A program made the position numbers and the translations under genes. Below are positions 19,501 through 29,339 of a stretch of DNA of 64,000 nt, piece by piece. Numbering within the stretch: the stretch's first letter is position 1; each line of letters begins with the position of its first letter. Under the pieces are notes generated by a model. It saw only the letters and a program-made list of their open reading frames with translations, ran no database searches and was not told the DNA's origin. Source of the stretch: a plasmid. The stretch lies in sequence record NZ_CP033968.1; one strand, given 5' to 3'.

Positions 19501-20460
19501 TCATGTGCCAAGCCGAGCGATTGCAGCCTCCAGGTCACGTTGGCCAGGCCGACGTGTTGCCTCAATGAACGGCTCGATGAACTGACCAACATTGCGCAAG
19601 ATCGCCTGCAGCGAGAAATGCTCCACCCAGTCCGAGAAGACAACTTCGTCTAGTGGTTCGCAGGAAACCGTCACGTCGGATGCCCGGAGAACGGGAGCTC
19701 GGGAAAGGTCCATCAACTTCATGTTCCTTTCATACGTAGCCCGGCCTGCTGCCGAAGCAATGGCACCGAGAGTCTTCTTCTTTAAATCGACCTTGCCGGC
19801 CTCGACATGTGCATAGAAGCTCTCAATGGAGCCGCCATGCTGTCCAAACACCTTGAGTGCGGTTGGGATACCTACCCGCGGAAGACCTTCTATGGTATCA
19901 GACGCGTCGCCCGCCAATGCCTTGGCCTGAAGGTAGGTCCAAGGGTCTGGCGTCCCGACATGGTCATGCAAGTCGTCTGCTGTGGCGATCAGCTTTTTTG
20001 CGCGTGAATCGAACCAACCGATGCCGTGTCCGACGGCTTGGAGCAGGTCCGAATCGTTGGTCACGATAAGTACATCATGTCCACCGGCGGCCAAGACATT
20101 CGCGAGTTGGAACGCGACATCGTCCGTTTCAGCGTTCGGGGCCTCTAACTGCATGAGCCCGAGCTTCCCGGCCATCGTCTGAATGTGGGGGCGCTGCCTC
20201 TCGAAAGAGGCCCGCGCAGCTCGCGACGCCTCGCTCTTCAGGCACTCACTTTTATAGTCGGCATAGAGGTCATATCTCCACTGAGCTCGGCCATCCCAGG
20301 CGAGAACCGGGAAGAAGTCGTAGTGGGTGCGCAGCAGCACGGACAACGACCAGAGAGTGCCGCTGATCGCTTGTACCTCCATCCCTTGCGCGGTCAGGGT
20401 GTGAGAGTACTGATTTGCGTAACCAACTGCAGATCCATCCACGATCATGATTGCGGCCAT
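19501..20460 (-). CDS. 5'-3' exonuclease / flap endonuclease (Pol I 5'-exo, T5-exonuclease family)
   Basis: IMIVDGSAVGYA, ETDDVAF, TNDSDLLQAV and GLPRVGIPTALK (H3TH) motifs; start at internal ATG 20460. Confidence 0.7.
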   Translation of the reverse strand: MAAIMIVDGSAVGYANQYSHTLTAQGMEVQAISGTLWSLSVLLRTHYDFFPVLAWDGRAQWRYDLYADYKSECLKSEASRAARASFERQRPHIQTMAGKLGLMQLEAPNAETDDVAFQLANVLAAGGHDVLIVTNDSDLLQAVGHGIGWFDSRAKKLIATADDLHDHVGTPDPWTYLQAKALAGDASDTIEGLPRVGIPTALKVFGQHGGSIESFYAHVEAGKVDLKKKTLGAIASAAGRATYERNMKLMDLSRAPVLRASDVTVSCEPLDEVVFSDWVEHFSLQAILRNVGQFIEPFIEATRRPGQRDLEAAIARLGT

Positions 20461-20629
20461 CAGTGTTGCTCCCTCTACGCCTTTCACGTTTGATGTGTTC
20501 CCTTGTGCGACGCGCACAACTGGAGTATGCGTACATGATACTGCGGAAATGCGAGGGGTTATAGCTTGATGAGCTGCATCCCCTACGGGCAAGGCCTCGC
20601 ATGGCCTCCATCACAGGGAGATTCATAAC

Positions 20630-21838
20630 ATGGACATGTCCGTAGGAACGCAAGAACAAGCAATTCGCTTCATCACGCCGAAGTTCCTGGAAGGTGCCCC
20701 GGCCGGAAAGCCCAATCAGGTTGGTTTGTCGCCAGAGGTTGAATCCATGCTTGCCCGCGATGCGGTGGTGGCGGTCGGGGTCTCAGGCGGCAAGGATTCG
20801 GATGCCTGCGCTATTGCGGTGGCAAGGCACTTGGATCAGATCGGCCACAAGGGACCGCGGCTGCTGGTGCATTCCGACCTAGGCCGTATCGAGTGGAAGG
20901 ATAGCCTGCCTAGCTGCGAGCGGTTGGCACATCGATTGGGTTGGGAACTGCTGGTGGTTCGTCGGCAGGCTGGCGATATGCTGGACCGCTGGGAAGTACG
21001 GTGGCAGAACAGTGTCTCGCGGTACGAGGACATGTCCTGTGTGAAGCTCATCCTTCCCTGGAGCACGCCGTCGATGCGATTCTGCACGAGCGAAATGAAG
21101 ACACACCTCATATCCAGTGCGTTGCGAAAGCGCTTCCCGCAGGGAGACATTCTCAACGTGACGGGGATTCGCCGACAGGAAAGCAAGAACCGCAGCAAGA
21201 TGCCGATCTCGGCGCCGAACTCCGGACTGACCCGCAAGAGTGGGATTGGGATGACGTGGAACGCCATCATCGACTGGCCTGTCCAGGACGTGGTGCATGC
21301 GATCCATGATGCGGAACTCGAGCTCCATGAGGCTTACACGAAGTACGGTATGTCAAGGGTCTCATGTTCTTTCTGCATAATGTCATCCGAGGCCGATCTG
21401 ATAGCCTCCGCGATGTGCGAGGACAACCACGAGCCATACATCCGCATGGTGGAACTGGAGGCAAGGTCGTCATTTGCCTTCCAGGGGAACCGGTGGTTGT
21501 CCGACGTGGCGCCCCACGTCCTGCCGCCGTCGCTGCGAATCCGGGCCGACAAGGCCAAGGCAGTTGCGGCACAGCGACAGGTGATAGAGGCCGCGATCCC
21601 GGAACATCTACTCTATACGGCTGGTTGGCCGACGTGCCTTCCCTCGCGGGAAGAGGCGGGGCTCCTGGCTGGTGTTCGCACGGAGGTTTCGGCGCTACTC
21701 GGGCTCAACGCCCAGTGCCTCGATGCCACCAGCGTGCTGAACCGTTACGGCAGTTTGCTGGAGCTGAAAGTGGCCAAGGGCAAAGCTGGCTCGGCGGAGG
21801 ATACCTATCCCCAGCAGACGGAGCTTTGTTTTGGTTGA
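20630..21838 (+). CDS. PAPS-reductase-family PP-loop protein (DndC/IbrA-like) with C-terminal Cys-containing extension
   Basis: PP-loop VGVSGGKDSDACAIAV; TGIRRQESKNRSKMP; 402 aa; divergent from the exonuclease gene. Confidence 0.6.
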   Translation: MDMSVGTQEQAIRFITPKFLEGAPAGKPNQVGLSPEVESMLARDAVVAVGVSGGKDSDACAIAVARHLDQIGHKGPRLLVHSDLGRIEWKDSLPSCERLAHRLGWELLVVRRQAGDMLDRWEVRWQNSVSRYEDMSCVKLILPWSTPSMRFCTSEMKTHLISSALRKRFPQGDILNVTGIRRQESKNRSKMPISAPNSGLTRKSGIGMTWNAIIDWPVQDVVHAIHDAELELHEAYTKYGMSRVSCSFCIMSSEADLIASAMCEDNHEPYIRMVELEARSSFAFQGNRWLSDVAPHVLPPSLRIRADKAKAVAAQRQVIEAAIPEHLLYTAGWPTCLPSREEAGLLAGVRTEVSALLGLNAQCLDATSVLNRYGSLLELKVAKGKAGSAEDTYPQQTELCFG

Positions 21839-21883
21839 CGTGAAACCAAACCCAATATGGATGTGCGATGACAGAGACCGAAT

Positions 21884-22099
21884 TTGACGCCGCTTGTCGG
21901 CTTTGCCAAACGCTGGATACAAGGGCCAGTGACGTCGGAGTTCTTGAAGAAGGCCGATGAAAAGCGATTCATTTGGATTCGCGACGACTTCCTGACTGTT
22001 GAGCGTGTAGTGAGAACCGGCGAGAAGCTGGCTTTCTTGATGCACGTGGCCAAAGTCAAGAAGGAGGTGCGGGAAACTGGGTACGTGTTCTTCGCGTAG
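21884..22099 (+). CDS. small hypothetical protein
   Basis: 71 aa ORF followed by a strong terminator at 22132-22180. Confidence 0.3.
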   Translation: MTPLVGFAKRWIQGPVTSEFLKKADEKRFIWIRDDFLTVERVVRTGEKLAFLMHVAKVKKEVRETGYVFFA

Positions 22100-22131
22100 T
22101 CGGAACGCATCTGTTGCGTGAAACTCCCTCC

Positions 22132-22180
22132 AAGCCCGCTGACGCGACTTAGGTCGTGCAGCGGGCTTTTCTCTTTGGCG
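22132..22180 (+). terminator. Rho-independent terminator
   Basis: Hairpin AGCCCGCTGACGCGACTTAGGTCGTGCAGCGGGCT followed by TTTCTCTTT. Confidence 0.5.
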
Positions 22181-22337
22181 CTGGCGTGCGCCGGCCGGGC
22201 TGGGGGACGCCAACTGGATCGCCCCCCCCAACAGTCGGCTCATCCCACCCGTGCCGAGGTTCGTGCAACCGCGTGTGGTGCATCTCTCTCCATCTGATCA
22301 ATCGCGGCGCCGTCCGCACACCACAAGGAGAAGGGAA

Positions 22338-22706
22338 ATGACACTTAACCAATCGGAACAGCAAGGCCTGAAGAGCGCGATCTTGGTCCATGAATCCCAG
22401 GCTGGCGTGGTCGAGCATTGCTTCTGCACGAAGGAACAAGCCGAGGCGACGCTGCGCGCATCCCCCGACGCCGATACCGGCGCAAGCATGTTCGTCACTG
22501 AAGAAGCTCTCGAGGCGGAGATGGTGTACTCGACATCTCCAGATCTGCGAGCACGCGTTGAGGCTGCCAAGTCCAAACTTCAATTCGATATCGCTGTCCG
22601 CGACGCGCTGAATCGAAACGGTGTGCCGGCTGACCGCATCCTTCGGGTTGCAGTCTACAAAGCAATCAAGGAGCTGCGGGAGACCGTGCTTCGTCCGGTG
22701 TGCTAA
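22338..22706 (+). CDS. hypothetical protein
   Basis: SD AAGGAGAAGGGAA before ATG; 122 aa. Confidence 0.45.
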   Translation: MTLNQSEQQGLKSAILVHESQAGVVEHCFCTKEQAEATLRASPDADTGASMFVTEEALEAEMVYSTSPDLRARVEAAKSKLQFDIAVRDALNRNGVPADRILRVAVYKAIKELRETVLRPVC

Positions 22707-22730
22707 AGCCTATCGATCTCAGGAGAGACT

Positions 22731-23090
22731 GTGAAATCAACGATCATTGATTGCCTCGCGGAACTCGGCTGGCAGAAGGACAGCATTGTCGATGCCTTCA
22801 GCAAGACGTTCGAAACTGTCGTTGCACCGAAGAAGGCCAGCGTTTGGCTGAGTTTCGATCAGGAGGGCAATCGCTGGTGGCTCCGCAACGGTGAGTTCAC
22901 CAGTGCCGGAGAGAACGTACTGGCGGCCTGCCATGCGATCATTCCCATCGGGATGCCTCCCAATGAAATCCAGAAAGCTGTCGACGCGCTTGTTGCCGAG
23001 ATGGAGTACAGGATAACTGGAGCGTACTCGGTTCGCCTTCTACGTCAACGGGACGCAGATACCGCACCCAGCTCCACATCGCCGTTCTGA
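22731..23090 (+). CDS. hypothetical protein
   Basis: GTG start after AGGAGAGA; 119 aa; terminator ~23096-23138. Confidence 0.45.
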   Translation: MKSTIIDCLAELGWQKDSIVDAFSKTFETVVAPKKASVWLSFDQEGNRWWLRNGEFTSAGENVLAACHAIIPIGMPPNEIQKAVDALVAEMEYRITGAYSVRLLRQRDADTAPSSTSPF

Positions 23091-23237
23091 AGAGCTCCCC
23101 CCTCCCTACGCTACCAAGGCGTTCGGAGGGCTTTTTCATGGTCGACTCCAGAAGAGGAGGTGTCAACTGGACCGCCCCTCAATATGTCCCGGCGTTGCTC
23201 ATCTCCAGCAGCAACTCAACCCTACAAGGAGTCGGAC

Positions 23238-23678
23238 ATGAATCAACAGGAAAATATGGTGCCAGCAGTGACTGGCCAGGTGGTGCAGGGCTACGCGGAC
23301 TCGCCAGTGATTCTGGCGCCCTCTGGCCGGTTCATTACGGACAATCGAAACCGCAAGGTGGCTGAGGTATTCCAGCCGGGAGATTCCCCCGCGGAAGCCG
23401 AAGTGATGAAGCGGCGAATTGTAGGCTCGTTCAACGCGCTGCCAGACTTGGTTGGCGTTCTTCTTCGGGCGGACAAAGAGGGCAGCTTGTGGCAGGCCCT
23501 CTACAACGAGGGAATCACTGACGCCTACGATGAAGCACTGTCGCAGGCAGTGAAGGCATTGGGCGAGGAAGGCCTTACGACCGTCGCGCACCGTTACGAT
23601 CTCGACCTCGAAGCCATCCGGGCCAAAACCGATCCAGATCGGGGCATGAATACCCCTGAGCCGCCGGCGATCGCGTGA
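23238..23678 (+). CDS. hypothetical protein
   Basis: SD CAAGGAG then ATG; 146 aa; terminator 23695-23738 (GCCCACCGTTCTCTTTGAGGCGGTGGG + T-run). Confidence 0.45.
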   Translation: MNQQENMVPAVTGQVVQGYADSPVILAPSGRFITDNRNRKVAEVFQPGDSPAEAEVMKRRIVGSFNALPDLVGVLLRADKEGSLWQALYNEGITDAYDEALSQAVKALGEEGLTTVAHRYDLDLEAIRAKTDPDRGMNTPEPPAIA

Positions 23679-23840
23679 CACATTAACCAGCAGCATGCCC
23701 ACCGTTCTCTTTGAGGCGGTGGGATTTTTATTTCCTTCCTTCTTCCGTGCAGTGACGCTAGGCAGTGGCACGCCTATATCTCCCTGGTACGCATATCCCA
23801 TAGCAAGTCCAACCCTGAACTAACAAAGGAGAACTCCGCT

Positions 23841-24446
23841 ATGGGTTTCAAATCGCAGATCGCACTTTACAAGGCATTCTTGGTCGCCGGCTTCAGTCTG
23901 GCGAAGCTTCGCTCGGTGGAAGCGCAAGACGGGCTCTGCTGGGAGGTAACTCTGAAGAAGGGCAAGGTCGAGATCCTCCACATCAGCAATGGAGGTTTCG
24001 GCGGGCCGGACGAAGTTCGCAGCTTGCTGCAGAACGATGACGAGATCGGCCGCAATGTTGACGAACTGTACGCCGTCCCAGAGGTCGCTCAGATCATCCG
24101 AGACGCGATGATCGACGTACTGAAGGCGGAGAAGAAGTACGCGAAGGATGGCGAAACTCGCGACTTCGACGCTGAAATTGAAGCTGCCAAGGACGCCCCG
24201 CTCAAGCGCGCAGACGACACGACTGCCATGGTGATCGGAATCATGACGGATGCCAAACAGACGATCGATCAACTGAAGCGAGCTGCCAAGCGGAAGATCT
24301 GCTGGCTGGAGAAGTGCGAGGCCGGGGATTCCGATACGTACGTGTACATCAGCGCTCCGCTGAACGCGGAGACCCGTGCACACGTCCACCAGAAGTACGG
24401 CGAGACGCTCGACGTCATCCTCAATGACCTGATCGAAGGCCTTTAA
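23841..24446 (+). CDS. hypothetical protein (Lys/Glu-rich)
   Basis: SD AAAGGAGAA; 201 aa; minus-strand ORF 23820..24389 judged a shadow; terminator 24453-24488. Confidence 0.5.
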   Translation: MGFKSQIALYKAFLVAGFSLAKLRSVEAQDGLCWEVTLKKGKVEILHISNGGFGGPDEVRSLLQNDDEIGRNVDELYAVPEVAQIIRDAMIDVLKAEKKYAKDGETRDFDAEIEAAKDAPLKRADDTTAMVIGIMTDAKQTIDQLKRAAKRKICWLEKCEAGDSDTYVYISAPLNAETRAHVHQKYGETLDVILNDLIEGL

Positions 24447-24734
24447 CCCACGACGCCCCGGACTAGATCCGGGGCTATTTCTTTATGTGGCCTCAGGGTT
24501 TGCGGGGCGAGGCATCTCTCTTACTGTTCTACGCGCCCATGACATGCATTCATTAGTCAAGTTACGCCAATCTTTTGCCGCTTAGGCGCAGATGGCCGCA
24601 CCGGCGGCCCGGTGGCGGGCGGGGCGAGGGGGATAAGAGTGGGCTGCTTCGGGTGGTGCGTACAGAAGCCTGTTACGCATTTCCCTCTGTAAGGCGGTCA
24701 GGCGCCGAAGCCACAACCTATCTCGGAGAATTAC

Positions 24735-25364
24735 ATGACTACTGCTACTCACAACATTCTCACTCCGTCCAACATTCGCGATCTCACCATTTTCGGGTTC
24801 TACCCGAGTGGGCAGAAATTCTCCGGTACCGTGAAGGCCGGCTCCTCCTTCGAGGCAATGATTCGTGTTCTTGCAGACCGTCGCTATTCCGACGACGGTG
24901 GCGACCTTGCAGTCTCCAGCGTGATTGACGCGGAGACGGGCCGGGTGGTTGACGGTGCTCTGCTGTCGGCCCAGCACGACTTGTTGCCGGAAGTTGAAGC
25001 CATTGAAGGGGTAGTCCAGTGCGTCACTGATCTGATCTCCACCATGCAACCGCGCATGGATGGTGACCTCAGCGACCGCGATCGCCTCTTTGCCTACACT
25101 GAGTACGTTGGATTGCTGCTTGCCGAGGCACCGCTTGCGTTCGAAGGACTGACGCATGGTGCCATGGAGATGTCGGACGAGAACATGACCCTGGAATTCG
25201 AAGACTGTCGGGGTCACGTGCACTACTTTGAGCCAGCATTCGCGCTTCTTACACTTGCGGAGGCTGCGCTGCAGGTAGAGGTCACCACTGCCGCGCTTCA
25301 AGTGAAGACGCTCGCGACGGTGGCACGCAGCTCATTGAATCTTGCTGCGATCGATGCACTTTGA
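24735..25364 (+). CDS. hypothetical acidic protein
   Basis: 209 aa; SD GGAGAA; followed by terminator 25370-25408 (GGGAGATCCCTTCACCAGGGGTCTCCC + T8). Confidence 0.5.
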   Translation: MTTATHNILTPSNIRDLTIFGFYPSGQKFSGTVKAGSSFEAMIRVLADRRYSDDGGDLAVSSVIDAETGRVVDGALLSAQHDLLPEVEAIEGVVQCVTDLISTMQPRMDGDLSDRDRLFAYTEYVGLLLAEAPLAFEGLTHGAMEMSDENMTLEFEDCRGHVHYFEPAFALLTLAEAALQVEVTTAALQVKTLATVARSSLNLAAIDAL

Positions 25365-25422
25365 TGTCCACGGGAGATCCCTTCACCAGGGGTCTCCCAT
25401 TTTTTTTGCGCGAGCGTGCCTG

Positions 25423-25836
25423 CTAGTCCCACACGACGTGGACAGGCTCCATTGAGTTGATCCTGCCTACCAGGCGAGATCCATCACCCACTGCGTACGC
25501 CTTGATCAGGAGATGTTGCGACTTGAAGTTGCCGTCTTCCTGCCAGGCCGTCTTCCAGACCGGAATCGTGCACTGCAGCCGGCCGGTCAGATCCTCCACC
25601 CACAAGCTGTAGCAAAGCTCACCCTGGACGGTGGCTACGGTGGGGCGCTGCCTGAGGGTGTACAGCCCGTGGAAATGCAGGCCTGATGCCAGGGTGGCAA
25701 GGTGATCATGCTGCCCGCTCAATGCGAACTTTCGTGCGACGATGGTTTGCATCATTTGAGTACTGCCGTGGGTTTGAGTCCGCGATGGATTGATGGGAAA
25801 GCTATGCCCTTGGTGTTGATGGTCGCTGTTCGCCAT
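25423..25836 (-). CDS. doubtful ORF (His-rich motifs SGQHDHLATLASGLHFHG); possible metallo-hydrolase fragment or spurious
   Basis: Long ORF overlaps the methyltransferase start if extended; no convincing RBS. Confidence 0.2.
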   Translation of the reverse strand: MANSDHQHQGHSFPINPSRTQTHGSTQMMQTIVARKFALSGQHDHLATLASGLHFHGLYTLRQRPTVATVQGELCYSLWVEDLTGRLQCTIPVWKTAWQEDGNFKSQHLLIKAYAVGDGSRLVGRINSMEPVHVVWD

Positions 25837-25873
25837 TACGAGCTGCAAGGACCAACCAACAAGGAGCATACCC

Positions 25874-26926
25874 ATGCAATACGGCACCTGTCACTTTACT
25901 TCAAAGCAAGCAGCCGATCGCTACTATCAACAGATGGGCTATTCCTCTGCGGACATTCCACTTGCAGAGGGGAACATCCGGATCGGAGAGCCCGCGTTGC
26001 GGGAGGGCGAGATCGCGAAGCCGGATGAGGACGGTCGGTACCACGTCTGGGTTCCTGAGACCGTGGAGAAAGCGCCTGCAGTTAGGCCGTCTGCCACAGT
26101 TTCTGCGCCGCGGCGCCGCGAGGACGATCGCCTGGCATCTGAGCTGGAGCTGTTGACGATCGAAGAAGGCACGATTCAACTGCCGTCGGAGAGACTGCAA
26201 TGCTATGCGGAAATCAAGCGGCTGATCCAGAAGGGCGGGGGGCGCTACGATTCTCGCGGGTACTTCAAGTTCCCTGCGGGCATTGATGCTGCAGTCATCC
26301 TCGAGGAGTTGCGGTGCGGGAATGTCGTGAATGGAAAGAAGGATTCCCAATCGTTCTTTTCCCCCCAACCTGTTGCACGTCGGGTTTGTGAAGCAGCGAT
26401 GCCGAGACCCGGGAGGCGGTACTTGGAGCCGTCAGCTGGTGGTGGCGCATTGGCGGACATCGTGCGTGCGGCCGGGGCGGAGATTGTGGTCGTGGAGAAT
26501 CATGCGCCGAATGTGCATATCCTAGAAGGCAAAGGCTATGACGTTCTGGACCGTGATTTCCTCACAGTGTCGCCGAGCGAGATTGGTTTGTTCGATGGCG
26601 TGATCGCGAACCCGCCATTCAGCAACAACCAGGATATCGACCACATCCAGCACATGTGGTCGTTCTTGAAGCCAGGTGGTTGCTTGTCAGCGGTCGCATC
26701 AACGGGCTGGCAGCGAGGATCTCAGCGCAAGCATCGCGCGTTCATTGAGTTCCTCGAGCAGAACCATGCCGAGATCGCTGAGATCGAGGCGGGGGCATTC
26801 AAGGAGTCAGGAACTAGCGTTGCTACGGTCCACATTTGCGCCTGGAAGACCGTTCCGGAACGTGCGAAGGCTGAATCGAGCCCTCGCCCATCGGCCGCGG
26901 CTACTCAGTTGGCCCTCATGCTGTGA
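25874..26926 (+). CDS. Orphan DNA N6-adenine methyltransferase with ~150-aa N-terminal extension
   Basis: Motif I LEPSAGGGALADIV and motif IV VIANPPFS about 60 aa apart; strong SD AAGGAGCATACCC ATG; no adjacent restriction enzyme gene recognisable. Confidence 0.7.
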   Translation: MQYGTCHFTSKQAADRYYQQMGYSSADIPLAEGNIRIGEPALREGEIAKPDEDGRYHVWVPETVEKAPAVRPSATVSAPRRREDDRLASELELLTIEEGTIQLPSERLQCYAEIKRLIQKGGGRYDSRGYFKFPAGIDAAVILEELRCGNVVNGKKDSQSFFSPQPVARRVCEAAMPRPGRRYLEPSAGGGALADIVRAAGAEIVVVENHAPNVHILEGKGYDVLDRDFLTVSPSEIGLFDGVIANPPFSNNQDIDHIQHMWSFLKPGGCLSAVASTGWQRGSQRKHRAFIEFLEQNHAEIAEIEAGAFKESGTSVATVHICAWKTVPERAKAESSPRPSAAATQLALML

Positions 26927-26987
26927 AATTCTGAGCTCAACTCAGTCGGATGGCCCGGCCTGTCTCGGCAAGGTCGGCATCTGAAAA

Positions 26988-27030
26988 CTCCCGCCCGCCG
27001 GTCTCTACAGACGGCGGGCATTTTTTTGTC
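26988..27030 (+). terminator. Rho-independent terminator after the methyltransferase gene
   Basis: CCGCCCGCCGGTCTCTACAGACGGCGGGC hairpin + T7. Confidence 0.55.
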
Positions 27031-27186
27031 CGCCTTCGGTCCCGATCGCTGCGCCCACCCGAACACCTCGCGATTCATCGTCCCTCCACAGCACAGCATC
27101 CTGGCCGGTGCTGCCGTGCGCTAGGCACTTCACTGCCGCTGTGGTGCATTCCTTAGCTGCAAGGAACAACGCAAAGGAGAAGCAGA

Positions 27187-27578
27187 TGACGACAAGCAGT
27201 AAGGACCTGGTCTCAGGCGCGAAGCACGATGTCCTGGCCGGGCGCATTAAGCGATCGACGGGTCTGCAGTACTTCGGGTACCGAAAGGGAGCCGATTCGA
27301 TCTTGATCAAGATGGCGGAAGGAAACCTGTTCGAGATCCCGGTGACCCCCGCCGGCTCTGCAATCGTAGTAGTGGCTGCAGTTGCCAGTGCTTTCGACGC
27401 TGGATCTACCCCGGCCGATGTTCTGGATGACTTTCGGCGACGAGGGGAAGTGGAAGGAGCTGTGCAATACCTTGGAGCTGATCCATTTGTTGGCGAATGG
27501 GCCGAGTTGGTTCAGACGCCGATGGAGAAGGAGGCTTCCGCGGCTCCTGCAAACACTGCCTTCACCCTGGAGATCTGA
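27187..27578 (+). CDS. hypothetical protein
   Basis: SD AAAGGAGAAGCAG ATG; 130 aa. Confidence 0.4.
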
Positions 27579-27580
27579 AG

Positions 27581-28153
27581 ATGAACCAATCCGAACTTCG
27601 CGACACTTTCCAGAATCTTGGTTTGCCCCTGAGTGACGTACAGGAGCTCGATCCCGACTCGCTGTTTCCCGGCGTATCAAAGTGGCATGTGTTGATAGAG
27701 GCCGTCGAAGGGACGTTGGTGAACCTGATGGCCAATGCAGCAGTATCGGCGGTGTCCAGTCCACTATCGGTGCCAATCGAGTTCCGGCTGGACGGTAAGC
27801 CAAGCAAGCTGGAGGTCTGGAATGTGCGTCTCGTAAGCGGGGTGAGTCTGATCCTCAGTGCGACTGTTGAACCGAAGCCTCTCACCGCTGGCGAACTCGA
27901 CATCCGTGCGACGGTAAGTGTGGTTTCGGACCAGACCCTGATGCCGTTTGTTGAGGAGTTGGCGGTAGAGGGGCGACGAATCGAGGCGATCGATCGACTA
28001 AGGGCGGAGGTCAAAGGTGTTGCGTCAGCCATCGAGAGCCTACTCGATGGTGTAAAGCAGCCTCGCGCGACCTACATCTATCGGGAACGTCTGGAATGCA
28101 CGGCGATGGGTTGGGCCAGGCCCGATACACAGCAGCACGCCATCAACTCGTAA
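27581..28153 (+). CDS. hypothetical protein
   Basis: 190 aa, 2 nt after previous stop; terminator 28160-28198 (AGCCCCCTCTTCCAGAAGAGGGGGCT + T-run). Confidence 0.45.
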   Translation: MNQSELRDTFQNLGLPLSDVQELDPDSLFPGVSKWHVLIEAVEGTLVNLMANAAVSAVSSPLSVPIEFRLDGKPSKLEVWNVRLVSGVSLILSATVEPKPLTAGELDIRATVSVVSDQTLMPFVEELAVEGRRIEAIDRLRAEVKGVASAIESLLDGVKQPRATYIYRERLECTAMGWARPDTQQHAINS

Positions 28154-28302
28154 CCACAGTAGCCCCCTCTTCCAGAAGAGGGGGCTTTCTTTTCATTTCG
28201 CAGCGCGCAGAGGTTTCGGGCCCTCGCCGTTGTGGTCCCCTGTGAACCATCTCTCAGCACCAACAATCGCGGCATTGCCGCACCGAACTCAGGAGAACGA
28301 CC

Positions 28303-28542
28303 ATGGCAATCCACTACGACAATGCGGACGAGAACAAGGGCGGTTTCACGTCGGAGCAGATGAACGCACTGATTGAAGGGGCGAGCGAGCAGCAGGTCCG
28401 CCTTGCATTGCAGAAGGTGCTCCACGTTATGGCGAAGCTTGGCTTCGGCACGGACGAGGAGATCTCCGGGGCGGATGCTGTCGACGCAATCGGCGAAGTA
28501 TTCGCGGAAGTCACTGAGGAAGTGCTGCAAGGGCAGGGCTAA
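28303..28542 (+). CDS. small hypothetical acidic protein
   Basis: SD CAGGAGAACGACC ATG; 79 aa. Confidence 0.4.
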   Translation: MAIHYDNADENKGGFTSEQMNALIEGASEQQVRLALQKVLHVMAKLGFGTDEEISGADAVDAIGEVFAEVTEEVLQGQG

Positions 28543-28577
28543 CTCAGTTCAACCGAAGCAAATGGAGGGAGAACGAA

Positions 28578-28781
28578 TTGCCTACCAGTCCTGAACTCGC
28601 AAACATCGACGCGGCATTCGAGCGGCTCAACACGATTCTCGATACGACTGGGGCGCTAGATTCCGCGGCGACCCAGCATGCAGCCTACGCGTTGCGGCTC
28701 GCCATCGTGCAAGCGCTCGGTGACCAGGATCGAATCGAGGCCGCCGAAGCCTCTCTCGCGGAGCTGAAACTCAGTTCCTGA
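28578..28781 (+). CDS. small hypothetical protein (TTG start)
   Basis: SD ATGGAGGGAGAACGAA TTG; 67 aa; hairpin + T-tract at ~28795-28835. Confidence 0.3.
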   Translation: MPTSPELANIDAAFERLNTILDTTGALDSAATQHAAYALRLAIVQALGDQDRIEAAEASLAELKLSS

Positions 28782-29287
28782 ATTGTGTAGCCCGACGCCC
28801 GCGTGACCGACTCAGTCGGCCGCGGGCTTTTCAATTCAACGCCGGCGTTTCCCTGGGGCAACACCACGCCAAGCAATGTCGAAGCAGCAACTGCTGCTGC
28901 TGTTCATCGTGCGATGGCCATTGTAAGGACTTACACGAGCCTGTTCTGCATGCCCATTGTGCAAGGACTACGCAAAAAGCCCTTTGCACTTTCCCTCAGG
29001 ACACTCTGGAGTTGACAATGCTTGCTGCTATCGCCCTCTCGCTTTTCCTGTTCGCTTGCGGTTATCCGTTTGCGAAGAAGAACTGATCTTCGAATGTGGT
29101 TCGCTCCACGTCCGTCTGACGCCAACTAGGTCTTCTGATGCCATGCTTCGGTTGGCTATGCCACACCCAAGTTGAGCCGTGCTCACTTGGGTGTTTTTTG
29201 TCCGCACCCCCGCATGGAAAAGTTTTTTTGGCCTTTGTTGCAATAGGCTTTGCAGATCTATTGTTTCCCCACACTGCTGCAGCCGGG

Positions 29288-29320
29288 CAAAAAAAAAACC
29301 CACCGATTCCTCAGTGGGCT
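29288..29320 (-). terminator. Rho-independent terminator for the sigma-like gene (minus strand)
   Basis: On minus strand: CCCACTGAGGAATCGGTGGG followed by T10. Confidence 0.55.
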
Positions 29321-29339
29321 TGATGGCGCATGGAGAAGG

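Noticed and set aside
23820-25301. Minus-strand ORFs 23820..24389 and 24582..25301
   Set aside because: They overlap plus-strand ORFs that have strong SD sequences and protein-like composition; minus frames lack RBS.
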